The notes beneath the pieces were generated by a model. It worked only from the letters and a program-made list of their open reading frames with translations. It was not told the DNA's origin and did not search any database. The position numbers and the translations under genes are program-made. DNA of 56,207 nucleotides from Actinomycetota bacterium (lineage in GTDB: Bacteria > Actinomycetota > Aquicultoria > Aquicultorales > JAMCWL01), in NCBI GenBank assembly GCA_023481285.1, contig JAMCWL010000089.1, positions 1 through 56,207 of the forward strand, given 5' to 3'. Of the stretch, positions 1 through 9,103 are shown one piece after another (positions within the stretch are counted from its first letter, which is position 1; the number at the start of each line of letters is the position of its first letter).

Positions 1-12
1 CGGCCCCATCAC

Positions 13-1227
13 CTATGACGAGTTGCCGATCAAAAACTCGACCTCATTGGCGACCACCTGCCGGTGAATCTCCCGAAAATCCGCCTCGGGGATGATGACC
101 GGCCTCGCGCCTCGCTCGCCGACGATCCTTTCGATCCGGCCGGCGAAACCGGCGTCGCCGCCGCCCGTCGCGATCACCGCCGGCTCCATGCCCATCTCGA
201 CGGCCAGGGTGGTGATTCCCTCCACCAGATCGGCTTCGCCGTAGATCGCGGGACGGCGCCCGAAGAGCACCTTGTGGGCGTCGACCATGGCATCGAGCAG
301 TCGACCTCGCTCGTTCATATAGCGATCCGGAACCGGGCGACCGGTAAGCTCCGTCACCGCCTCGAGAAACCGGTCGGTATTCGCCAGGCCGATCGGCAGC
401 CCGATAACACGCCCCGGGACGCCGTACGATCGCTCGAGAAAGCCAGCGACCGACATCTCCCCGGAGGCCGACCCACCGCACTCGACGGTCGCCAGGGCAT
501 CCGACATGCTCTCGATCTCCTCCACCGCGGTTCCCCCCTCGGGGATCGGCCGGAAGGAGTCGTGCATCGGGGCGTCGAGCGTCTCTGAGACATCGGGAAG
601 GAGCGTGTAGGCAACGCCCGTTCGGTCGAGCAAATCCTTGATATACCTGGCGTCGGCCGGAGAGCAGTCGCCCGGAATCACGTTGATTTTTCCATTGGGG
701 TTCCCGGCCGGCGAGACCAGGCGCTCCACGAGCGATCTGAGCGCGACGCGGAATCCTTCCGACTGGCTTCCCCTATAGCTGGGGGTAGAGACCGGAACAA
801 TATAGGGGACGTTGGTTGCGTTTGTTGCATCGGCTATTTCCTGCTCGAACTCCTTGATAATTCTGGGCACGTCGTCGCCGATCGTCTCGGCTAGGCAGCC
901 CGTGACCACGCCGATGAGCGCCGGTCGGTAGCTCTTGATGACGTTGCGCAAGCCCTGTACCAGGTTGGCCTCCCCGCCGTAGACGGCTCCCTTCTCGCTC
1001 AAGCTGGATGAGGCGACATCGATCGGCTCGTTGAAGTGACCGGCCATATGCCGGCGCATGTAGGTGGCGCACCCCTGGGAGCCGTGGAGAAGCACCATGG
1101 TATCGGCCACCCCTTTCAGGGCGAAGACGGCCCCGATGGGCTCGCACATCTTGCAGGGATTGACGGCTACGACAGCCGGTTTGCTCTCCTCAAGGCGCAA
1201 GGTCTTTTTCCGATAGATCGCGCTCAT
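13..1227 (-). CDS. nifN: FeMo-cofactor scaffold subunit NifN, apparently C-terminally truncated
   Basis: NPCKMCEPIGA, HGSQGCATYMRRH and VTGCLAETIGDD motifs; follows nifE with an ATGA overlap (ATG at 1227). Ends at IGNSS-TAG, earlier than the paralog NifK, which continues about 55 aa past IGNS. Confidence 0.85.
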   Translation of the reverse strand: MSAIYRKKTLRLEESKPAVVAVNPCKMCEPIGAVFALKGVADTMVLLHGSQGCATYMRRHMAGHFNEPIDVASSSLSEKGAVYGGEANLVQGLRNVIKSYRPALIGVVTGCLAETIGDDVPRIIKEFEQEIADATNATNVPYIVPVSTPSYRGSQSEGFRVALRSLVERLVSPAGNPNGKINVIPGDCSPADARYIKDLLDRTGVAYTLLPDVSETLDAPMHDSFRPIPEGGTAVEEIESMSDALATVECGGSASGEMSVAGFLERSYGVPGRVIGLPIGLANTDRFLEAVTELTGRPVPDRYMNERGRLLDAMVDAHKVLFGRRPAIYGEADLVEGITTLAVEMGMEPAVIATGGGDAGFAGRIERIVGERGARPVIIPEADFREIHRQVVANEVEFLIGNSS

Positions 1228-2645
1228 CTTCCATCCCCACGCTCGAAGCGACATTCTTTATCGGCGATGGCCGGCCGGCGGTCGGCGGTTGTAATTTTTC
1301 GATAAGCGGCCCAGACGGGGCTGTTGACGGTAGCGTGCACTTCGCGAGCGAAGTTCAAAAGACCCTCGAATCCTGAGAAGAAGCGCTTCCGCTCGTGGTT
1401 GAAGTCGCAGAAGCCGATCCCCGATTTGTAGGCGATGGGCCGCTCCTTCACCCCACCGACCAAGATATCGACCTCCTGCTCGCCAATGAGCTCCACCAGC
1501 TCGAGGACCCCGGCATCGTCGATGATGACGGCGCCATCCATCGCTTCCGCCCTGATCTCCTCGTAATCCTCCGACTTGCCCGTCTGGCTGCCGGCGACGA
1601 CGACCTCCATCCCGAGATCGCGGAAGGCCTTGATGAGCGAGAGGGTCTTGAAGGCGCCGCCCATGTAGACGGCCGCCCGCTTGCCTTTGAGGACGTCGCG
1701 GTAGAGATCGAGCTCCCTGTCGACGGCCGCCCGCCGTTCTCTACAGAGCTTCCACGCCCGCTTGACCAAGGCCGGCTCATCGAAGAAGCCGGCGATCTTT
1801 ATGAGGGCCTCCTCCGTGTCGTCGAGCCCGAAGAAGCTCACCTTGACGAAGGGAATCCCGTACTTCTTCTGCATCTTCTTGGCGAGATAGGTCATCGACC
1901 CGGCGCACTGGACCGCGTTGAGACCCGCCGTATGGGCCTGCATGATCTCCGCCACCCGGGCGTCTCCGGTGAGCGTCGCCACCACCTCGATGCCAAGCTC
2001 GGCCAGGTAGTTCTTGATCACCCAGAGCTCTCCGGCCAAGTTGAACTCGCCCAGCAGGTTGATCGCGCGGGGAGAGTCCGCGCCGCGGTCGGAACGGCCG
2101 ATAATCTCGAGAAGCGCGTCGCACGCGGCGTGGTAGCCGTCCGCCTTGTTGCCCTTGAAGCCCTCGGACTGGACGGGGACGACGATAGTGCCCGTCTCCT
2201 CCTCGACCCGCTTGCAGACCGCGCGCAGGTCGTCGCCGATGACGCCGACGATGCAGGTCGAGTAGGCGAAGACGGCGGGCGGCCTGTGCTCCTCGATCAA
2301 CCCGCGAAGGGCTTGGTAAAGCTTCTCCTCGCCTCCGAAGATGACGTCCTTCTCCCGCATGTCGGTTGAGAAGCTGTAGCGGTAGGTTTCAGGACCGCTC
2401 GAGAGGCTCCCCCTGATGTCGCAGGTGTAGGCGGCGCATCCGATGGCGCCATGCACCAGGTGGACGGCGTCGGTTATCGGATTGAGTACCACCCGGGCTC
2501 CGTTGTAGACGCAGCCCCGCTGGCTCATCGCCCCGGCGACCGAGTTCACGTCGCAGACGATGTCGGCGTCCCGATCGGCCGTGTCCTTCTTATATATCTG
2601 TCGCCTGCGATCTGAGAGCACCGCGCTCCGTTCGTTCATGGACAC
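1224..2645 (-). CDS. nifE: FeMo-cofactor scaffold subunit NifE
   Basis: MSQRGCVYNGARVVLNPITDAVHLVHGAIGC, STCIVGVIGDD, GEFNLAGE, VQCAGSM and DFNHER motifs; RBS AAGGAGG 8 nt before the GTG. Confidence 0.93.
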   Translation of the reverse strand: MSMNERSAVLSDRRRQIYKKDTADRDADIVCDVNSVAGAMSQRGCVYNGARVVLNPITDAVHLVHGAIGCAAYTCDIRGSLSSGPETYRYSFSTDMREKDVIFGGEEKLYQALRGLIEEHRPPAVFAYSTCIVGVIGDDLRAVCKRVEEETGTIVVPVQSEGFKGNKADGYHAACDALLEIIGRSDRGADSPRAINLLGEFNLAGELWVIKNYLAELGIEVVATLTGDARVAEIMQAHTAGLNAVQCAGSMTYLAKKMQKKYGIPFVKVSFFGLDDTEEALIKIAGFFDEPALVKRAWKLCRERRAAVDRELDLYRDVLKGKRAAVYMGGAFKTLSLIKAFRDLGMEVVVAGSQTGKSEDYEEIRAEAMDGAVIIDDAGVLELVELIGEQEVDILVGGVKERPIAYKSGIGFCDFNHERKRFFSGFEGLLNFAREVHATVNSPVWAAYRKITTADRRPAIADKECRFERGDGR

Positions 2646-2658
2646 CCGCTTAACCTCC

Positions 2659-4017
2659 TTACTGAATCAGCTCAACCAAGTAGTCGGGAGTTCGATCTTC
2701 CTTCCAATCGAGAAGCGTATTGCCGATCCGCTCGACCAGCCAGGCGGTCCCGGCATAGCCGACGACCGGGAAGTGCTGGAGATTCGCCCGATCGGTGATC
2801 GGAAACCCGACGCGGATGAGGGGTATGCCCTCGGATCTCGCAATGTACTTCCCATAGCTGTTGCCGATCAAGAGATCGACCGGGTTCCTCTTAATCAGGC
2901 GGTGGAGCATGAAGAGATCGCTGTCGTCTACCACCGTCGCCTTGGGGGCGATCATCGTGACCGCCGCCTTCCAATCCTTGCTCCTCGTCCCGGTGAGAAC
3001 GTGCTCCGGCTCCATCCCCATGCTTACGCAGAAGCCGGTGAGCGCCTCGGTGACGTCCGGATCCCCGAAGATCGCCACCTTCTTGCCGTACCAGTGGGCG
3101 TGAGCGTCGAGCATCATATCGACCAGGCGCCCCCGCTCCTCCTCAAGCTCTTTGGGAATAGGCTTGCCCATCACCGCGGAGAGCCTCATGAGAAGCGCGT
3201 CGACGTTATCGATGCCTATGGGCACGGGGAGCACTTCGAGCGGCACCTGGAAGTTGGTTGCGAGCGCCATCCCGGCGGCATTGCCCGCCTCCCGGCCCAG
3301 GGCGATCGTCGCCTTGGACGCCCCCATCCGCTCGATCTCCTCGATCTTTGTGCCACCTTCCTGGTAGAGCTTGAGCTCGCCGGTCATCGGAGCATCGATC
3401 ACGCCGGAGACGTCCGGCAGCACGACCACCTCGGTGCCCATGATCTTCAATATCCGCTTGATCTCTCTCGCGTCGCTCGGGCTCACGAAGCCCGGCAGTA
3501 CATTGACAGCCTCCGCAGCCTCGCCGTTCTCGGCGAAGGCATCGACGGCCGCTTTGACCATGTTGGCGAAGCCGGTTATGTGCGAGCCGACGTAACTCGG
3601 CGTGCTTGCGCAGAATACCTTGACATCCTCGGGCAGCTCGCCGGCCCGCCGCATCTCCTCGACGATGCCCGGCACGTCGTCGCCGATGGTCTCCGCCGAG
3701 CAGGTCGTGTGGACTCCTACCACCTCCGGCTTGTAAATGTGAATGAGGTTCTTCAGCGCCATCTTAAGGTTTCCGGAGCCCCCGAAGACGACCTGTCCTT
3801 CGGTGAAAGAGCTTGTTGTCGTGATAATGGGCTCCCTGAAGTGCCTCGATAGATGCATCCTGAGATAGGAGGCGCAGCCCTGCGAGCCGTGACTGTGCGG
3901 CATGCAGCCATGGATCCCCAACGCCGCGTAGACGGCGCCGATGGGCTGGCAGGTCTTGGCCGGGTTGATGGCGAGCGCTTGCCGTTCGATATCGGGACAC
4001 TCAGCTATATCTACCAT
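2659..4017 (-). CDS. nifK: Nitrogenase MoFe protein beta subunit (short N-terminus, Group II/III style)
   Basis: INPAKTCQPIGA, HGSQGC and TTCSAETIGDD carry the three P-cluster Cys; STPSYVGSH and GFPITDR present; RBS AAGGAGG. Confidence 0.95.
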   Translation of the reverse strand: MVDIAECPDIERQALAINPAKTCQPIGAVYAALGIHGCMPHSHGSQGCASYLRMHLSRHFREPIITTTSSFTEGQVVFGGSGNLKMALKNLIHIYKPEVVGVHTTCSAETIGDDVPGIVEEMRRAGELPEDVKVFCASTPSYVGSHITGFANMVKAAVDAFAENGEAAEAVNVLPGFVSPSDAREIKRILKIMGTEVVVLPDVSGVIDAPMTGELKLYQEGGTKIEEIERMGASKATIALGREAGNAAGMALATNFQVPLEVLPVPIGIDNVDALLMRLSAVMGKPIPKELEEERGRLVDMMLDAHAHWYGKKVAIFGDPDVTEALTGFCVSMGMEPEHVLTGTRSKDWKAAVTMIAPKATVVDDSDLFMLHRLIKRNPVDLLIGNSYGKYIARSEGIPLIRVGFPITDRANLQHFPVVGYAGTAWLVERIGNTLLDWKEDRTPDYLVELIQ

Positions 4018-4036
4018 CTAATACCTCCTTAAGCCT

Positions 4037-4056
4037 TAGGGGACGTTGTTTACTAA
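4037..4056. repeat. Orphan copy of the terminal repeat of the Y1 element at 34.4-35.5 kb, overlapping the nifD stop codon
   Basis: TAGGGGACGTTGTTTACTAA matches 19/20 to the reverse complement of 35459-35478 (TAGGGGACGTTGGTTACTAA). Confidence 0.7.
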
Positions 4057-5699
4057 GTTAACTTTTTCTCATCAGTCGCCACATCGGTTGCCATAGAATC
4101 GACGAGCTCCAGTTCGACCGCCCTTCTCCAGGGCGGGACGACCGCCTTCCAAATGGGGTTGTTGATCGCCATGTCCATATCCCGGGCAAAGTTGACCGCT
4201 CCCTCGAAGGCCGTGTACGGCCCCGAGTAGTCGTACGAGTGAATCTGGCGGGAGGCGACGCCCATCTTCTGAGTGATGTATCGGTCCTTGATCCCGGAGA
4301 GGAAGAGGTCCGGCTTCACGCCCTTCACGAACGCCTCGGTTTCGAAGTGGTTAAGGTCGTCCACCACGAACGCTCCTTCCTTCATGTGGACCATCATGCC
4401 CTCGTAGTCCATCAGGTGATCTGGAAGTGCTTCCTTTAGCTGCTCGATCCGCTCCTCGTCATACGGAGGCTTGGTACCCGGGTCCCGGTCGAAGGAGAGG
4501 TTGTCGATTATCCTATGGTGCGGCGCCTCCTTCATCTCCGGAATGACCCTCCGGCCCTCGTAATCATCGCGATGGGCAAACTGGTAGCCGGCAAGCACCG
4601 TTTCGACTCCCAGATCATTCAAGAGGTCCTGGTAATGATGCGAGCGGGAGCCGCCGGCAAAGACCATGGCTGTCTTGCCCTCAAGGCGCTGTCGGTAGTA
4701 CCCAAACTGGGGCTTTACTAATTCGAGCTCCTCCTCGATGACCTGCTCCGTGTTCTCGTAGATCAGAGGGTCGTTAAAAAACTTGGCCATCTCCCTCAGA
4801 GATTTGATTGTGGCCTCGATCCCGATGTAGTTGACCTTGAGCCAGGGGACGCCGAACTTCTGCTCCATCATCTTATTGCTATAGTTGATGGAGCGATGGC
4901 ACATGAGGATGGAGAGCTTTGCCCGATGGGCCCTCGCAAGATCCTCGAACTTGGAGTCGCCCGTGAAGACGCTGACGACGCGGTATCCTATCTTCTCAAG
5001 CAAGGGCTTGACTACCCAGACGTCGCCCCCGATGTTATACTCGCCGAAGATGTTGACGTCGAAGGGCGTCGGGTCTTCGAGCTCCTGCGTCCCGACCACC
5101 CGGGTGATGAGCGAGTTCGACGCAATGTGGTGGCCCGCCGACTGACTGACCCCCTTGTACCCCTCGCAGCTCACGGGGATCACCGTGACGCCGAGCTCCT
5201 CGGCGGCCTTCTCGCAGACGCTCTTGATATCGTCCCCGATCAGGCCGACCGGGCAGGTGGCGAAGACCCCGATGTACTTCGGCTTGAATATCTCGTAGGC
5301 TTCCCTGATCGCCTGGGCTAGCTTTTTCTCGCCCCCGAAAACGACATCCCGCTCCTGCATGTCCGTCGAGAGGCAGATTTGGTTGAAATGGTCGTAACCC
5401 TCCTCGGGACGAGCGAGGTTTCGCCTCGTGTTCCACGTATAGTAACCGCACCCGATGGGACCATGGGTGATGTGAAGAATATTCTTCACCGGACCAAAGA
5501 CCACGCCTTTGGCACCTGCATACGTTCAGCCGCGGTTGGTCATGATGCCGGGGATGGTGAAGACGTCCGCCTCGATCCTCTGCTCGGGGTCGCTCGGATT
5601 TCTGACGATCATATGCTTGCCACGCTCCCGGCCGACCTTCTTCGGGTAAGCCTCGACTATCTCGTTGATCAGGTTTTCGCGTTCTTCTATGGTTGCCAT
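4053..5699 (-). CDS. nifD: Nitrogenase MoFe protein alpha subunit with an in-frame UGA (probable selenocysteine, residue 58) at the alpha-Cys62 position
   Basis: ORFs 5526-5708 and 4053-5504 are in one frame, reading PGIMTNRG-TGA-TYAGAKGVVFGP. All other ligands are intact: HGPIGC (C88), ATCPVGLIGDD (C154), SQSAGHH (H195), LMCHRS (C275), RQIHSYDY (H442). RBS AAAGGAG 9 nt before ATG 5699; about 548 aa, including a ~50-aa insertion. Confidence 0.93.
5491..5516 (-). promoter_or_regulatory. Bacterial SECIS-like hairpin downstream of the nifD UGA
   Basis: mRNA GG-U(bulge)-GCCAAAGGC-GUG-GUCUUUGGU-CC. The 9-bp upper stem starts 12 nt after the UGA, and the apical loop begins with GU 21 nt after the UGA. 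Confidence 0.75.
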
Positions 5700-5728
5700 G
5701 TCAATCATCTCCTTTCTGTTTGCTTTTT

Positions 5729-5764
5729 GTCCGCCGTCGGCCGTCCGCCGTCCGCCGTCCGCCG
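5729..5764. repeat. Heptamer tandem repeat (GTCCGCC)x5
   Basis: GTCCGCC GTCGGCC GTCCGCC GTCCGCC GTCCGCC, just upstream of the nifD RBS. Confidence 0.9.
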
Positions 5765-5782
5765 CTTTCTAGACGCCAGATC

Positions 5783-5873
5783 GGGCCTTCGGCCCTACGG
5801 GTAGGGCGCGTTCCCCGAACGCGCCGTCGCCATGTTTGCGCCTCAATCGGTCCGTTCGGGGAACGGACCCTAC
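5783..5873. repeat. GTAG-family REP cluster: inverted doublet (REPIN-like) plus one short REP
   Basis: 5801-5826 GTAGGGCGCGTTCCCCGAACGCGCCG; inverted partner 5848-5873 (rc GTAGGGTCCGTTCCCCGAACGGACCG); 5783-5798 rc GTAGGGCCGAAGGCCC. Confidence 0.8.
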
Positions 5874-5923
5874 TACGCTATCTGGTTTCTTGGATTCTCA
5901 GTTCAGACGCTTGAAAGAAATTT

Positions 5924-5961
5924 CCAGGAAACCAAGAGGCCAAGTCGCCAAGACACTAGAG
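5924..5961. repeat. Degenerate octamer tandem repeat (CCAAGxxx) just downstream of the nifH stop
   Basis: CCAGGAAA CCAAGAGG CCAAGTCG CCAAGACA CTAGAG; partly complementary to 5881-5894. Confidence 0.6.
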
Positions 5962-5965
5962 CTTC

Positions 5966-6964
<999 letters not shown>

Positions 6965-7272
6965 TCATCTCCTCAAATCCAAGCTTAGCATAGAACTCAA
7001 GGGCGGAACGGTTGTCTCAGTCGGCCCTAAAGTCAAGCGCTTAAGGTTCAAGAATAATGTGACGCTTCTTCCATGAGATAGCGCTTATGTATAGACGCTT
7101 TGCTGGGCCTGAGGGCCTCGTCGGCAAAGCCTGGGACCGGCCGGTCGCCTCTTTGAGCTTCGTATTAATGCAATGGCGAGAACGGCCGGTCGAAAATCCC
7201 ACCAGATTGTAACATACGCCGATCGACAGCCGTACATGCATCTTGTACTACCATCTAGGGTATAGACTTTAT

Positions 7273-7728
7273 ATGACCGCCCCTCTAAACGACAAAGCCG
7301 AAATCATTGCCACACTCAAACGGCTGGTAGATTTCATCCAACCGAATACCTCGTCATTGATAGTGCTCTCCGAGGGAAGAAATCGCTATATCTGCGACAA
7401 GGAGCCTTTCAAGAAGGGATTCCTGGACGACGTCGAGAAAAGACATGAACTTACACGCAGACTGAGAACGCTGGATAGGACAAAAGCATCGATCCTACTG
7501 CTCTGGTATGTGGAGACAAAATCGAAGGTCGAAATCGCCCGGATACTGGGGTTATCCAGAACTCACATTTATCGCCTACACAACGAGGCGATAGAGGAAC
7601 TTGTCGCAATGAACGCGGAGGCTCCGAGAAAACCCCGGAGCCCTATTCCGTGCGGACCAATCCGACCGTCATCGAGTGAGGCGCCGCTACTCCACCATCG
7701 AGTGACGCGCCGCGGCTCCGCTATCTAG
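7273..7728 (+). CDS. Sigma-70 region-4-like HTH protein (ArpU/RinA-like regulator), divergent from nifH
   Basis: ILLLWYVETKSKVEIARILGLSRTHIYRLHNEAIEEL fits a sigma region-4 HTH. Start uncertain (7243 or 7273); low-complexity C-terminal tail. Confidence 0.6.
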   Translation: MTAPLNDKAEIIATLKRLVDFIQPNTSSLIVLSEGRNRYICDKEPFKKGFLDDVEKRHELTRRLRTLDRTKASILLLWYVETKSKVEIARILGLSRTHIYRLHNEAIEELVAMNAEAPRKPRSPIPCGPIRPSSSEAPLLHHRVTRRGSAI

Positions 7729-7742
7729 TGAGGAACTATCAT

Positions 7743-8387
7743 CTACTCGTAAGCAGCGCTCTTCACGTACCAAAAACCATTCAGGAAGACCATGTCAATC
7801 GTGACCGGCTCCGTGGTACCGTCTTTGTTAAACACGGTTCCCTCTATCGTCACATTCTCGTTGCTCTTCTTCACGGTGTTGTTGAAGACGATCTTCGAAA
7901 TCGTCCCGTTGAGGAGATCCGTGAAGACCTCCTGGTTGTCGGCTTGCGTCTGCACCAGGCTGTCACCGAGTTTCATCTCGCCCGGTCCTATGCTGGCCAT
8001 CTGGCCCGGCACGCCGGCATTGCTCAGCCGCCTGATCTGAGTCATATAGAACTTATCCTGTACGTTATCAATATACACGATGCCATCCAAGGATGACTGA
8101 TCCGTATAGAACGCTTTAATGAACACCTGCTTGTCGTTTTGGTTAACGCCTATGACATCTATGTTCTTGATTTGACCCTCCGCCAACCTCCTCATGTTTT
8201 CTCTGGAATTTTGCTGATCGATAATCAGCTTCTTCGCCAGATCATTATATTCCGCCGCCTTAGCTGGAGACTGCTGGGATTTGCCTTGAACGTTCACGCT
8301 GTCCTGCCTTTGCGATACCGCGGAATAGGACCACGAAAGCAGAAGAGCCAAGGCCAAAACAACGCTGCCTATGATTATTTTTTTCAC
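7743..8387 (-). CDS. Exported hypothetical protein with an internal tandem domain duplication
   Basis: MKK plus hydrophobic signal peptide; RBS AGGAG; GTGA overlap with the transaldolase stop. Confidence 0.8.
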   Translation of the reverse strand: MKKIIIGSVVLALALLLSWSYSAVSQRQDSVNVQGKSQQSPAKAAEYNDLAKKLIIDQQNSRENMRRLAEGQIKNIDVIGVNQNDKQVFIKAFYTDQSSLDGIVYIDNVQDKFYMTQIRRLSNAGVPGQMASIGPGEMKLGDSLVQTQADNQEVFTDLLNGTISKIVFNNTVKKSNENVTIEGTVFNKDGTTEPVTIDMVFLNGFWYVKSAAYE

Positions 8388-9103
8388 TTCGCCATCTCCT
8401 TTCCGGTTTCAATCCGCTCGATACTCTCGGGCGCTTCGGACATATCCAACACGGCTTTCTTCGCGTTGTCGATGAACTCCCGTATGGTTTCCCTGGTGTA
8501 TTTGTGATCCACCATCTTCAACAAAAACTCTGGCGGTATGGTAATTATGTGAGCCCCGGCTACGATTGCGCTCTGGATGTCGGCCGTCCCTCTAATGCTG
8601 CCGACGAGAACCTTTCCCAGATTCCAGCGTTCGGTAAACTTGACCGATCTCTTGATTACCGTAGAAGCATCATTTCCCTCGTCGGAAACCCTTCCAGCGA
8701 AGACGCTCAGATAAGTCCCACCCGCTTGAGCAGCCAAAACGAGCTGGTTGAAGGATAATATACCGGTGACATTCACCTTAACGCCTTCTTCTCGCAACCT
8801 GTGTATGACCCCTAAGCTCGGTTGACCGAATTGATTTATTACCGGGATCTTAACGACTATGTTCTCAGCCCACGATGTGAATTCGACCGCTTGGGCGTGC
8901 ATTTCTTCCAGTTCGTCCGTTGTGACCTCCACGCTGAGCGGTCGATTTCCGATGCATTCGGCGATCGCCCTGATCCCGTTTTCCATCTCGAAAACGCCGT
9001 CTTTCAGAAGTATGCTCGGATTCGTGGTGACCCCATCGATTACCCCATAACCTATCCATGTCTTTATCTCATCGATATTCGCCGAATCGACAAAGATTTC
9101 CAT
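8384..9103 (-). CDS. Transaldolase (short TalC/FSA family)
   Basis: MEIFVDSA, GVTTNPS, catalytic Lys in VVKIP; SVEV and SVFAGR give the Glu/Phe pair of transaldolases rather than the Gln/Tyr of FSA. TAATG coupling to gmhB places the start at 9103. Confidence 0.88.
   Translation of the reverse strand: MEIFVDSANIDEIKTWIGYGVIDGVTTNPSILLKDGVFEMENGIRAIAECIGNRPLSVEVTTDELEEMHAQAVEFTSWAENIVVKIPVINQFGQPSLGVIHRLREEGVKVNVTGILSFNQLVLAAQAGGTYLSVFAGRVSDEGNDASTVIKRSVKFTERWNLGKVLVGSIRGTADIQSAIVAGAHIITIPPEFLLKMVDHKYTRETIREFIDNAKKAVLDMSEAPESIERIETGKEMAK

Noticed and set aside
13-15. Pyrrolysine/amber readthrough in nifN
   Set aside because: The in-frame continuation (VMGP) does not resemble NifN, no pyl genes are visible, and TAG is a normal stop elsewhere.
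1395-3852. Long plus-strand ORFs (324 aa and 430 aa) and similar antisense ORFs throughout
   Set aside because: They are shadows of GC-rich genes on the opposite strand, with no recognisable motifs.
5526-5528. Genome-wide UGA reassignment (Trp/Gly)
   Set aside because: TGA terminates genes normally here (nifE, PucR, kdpB), often in ATGA/TGATG overlaps.
4053-5708. nifD as a pseudogene or as two separate genes (60 aa + 483 aa)
   Set aside because: Both parts are in one frame with a single TGA precisely at a Cys ligand, a SECIS-like hairpin follows, the second part has no RBS, and there are no other lesions.
5729-5961. CRISPR array in the repeat-rich nifH-nifD spacer (also at 49.2 kb)
   Set aside because: Units are 7-8 bp tandem repeats or inverted REPs with no repeat-spacer pattern, and there are no cas genes.
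7097-7191. Known riboswitch (c-di-GMP, Moco)
   Set aside because: Hairpins are present but I could not match the consensus motifs; kept only as an unexplained structure.
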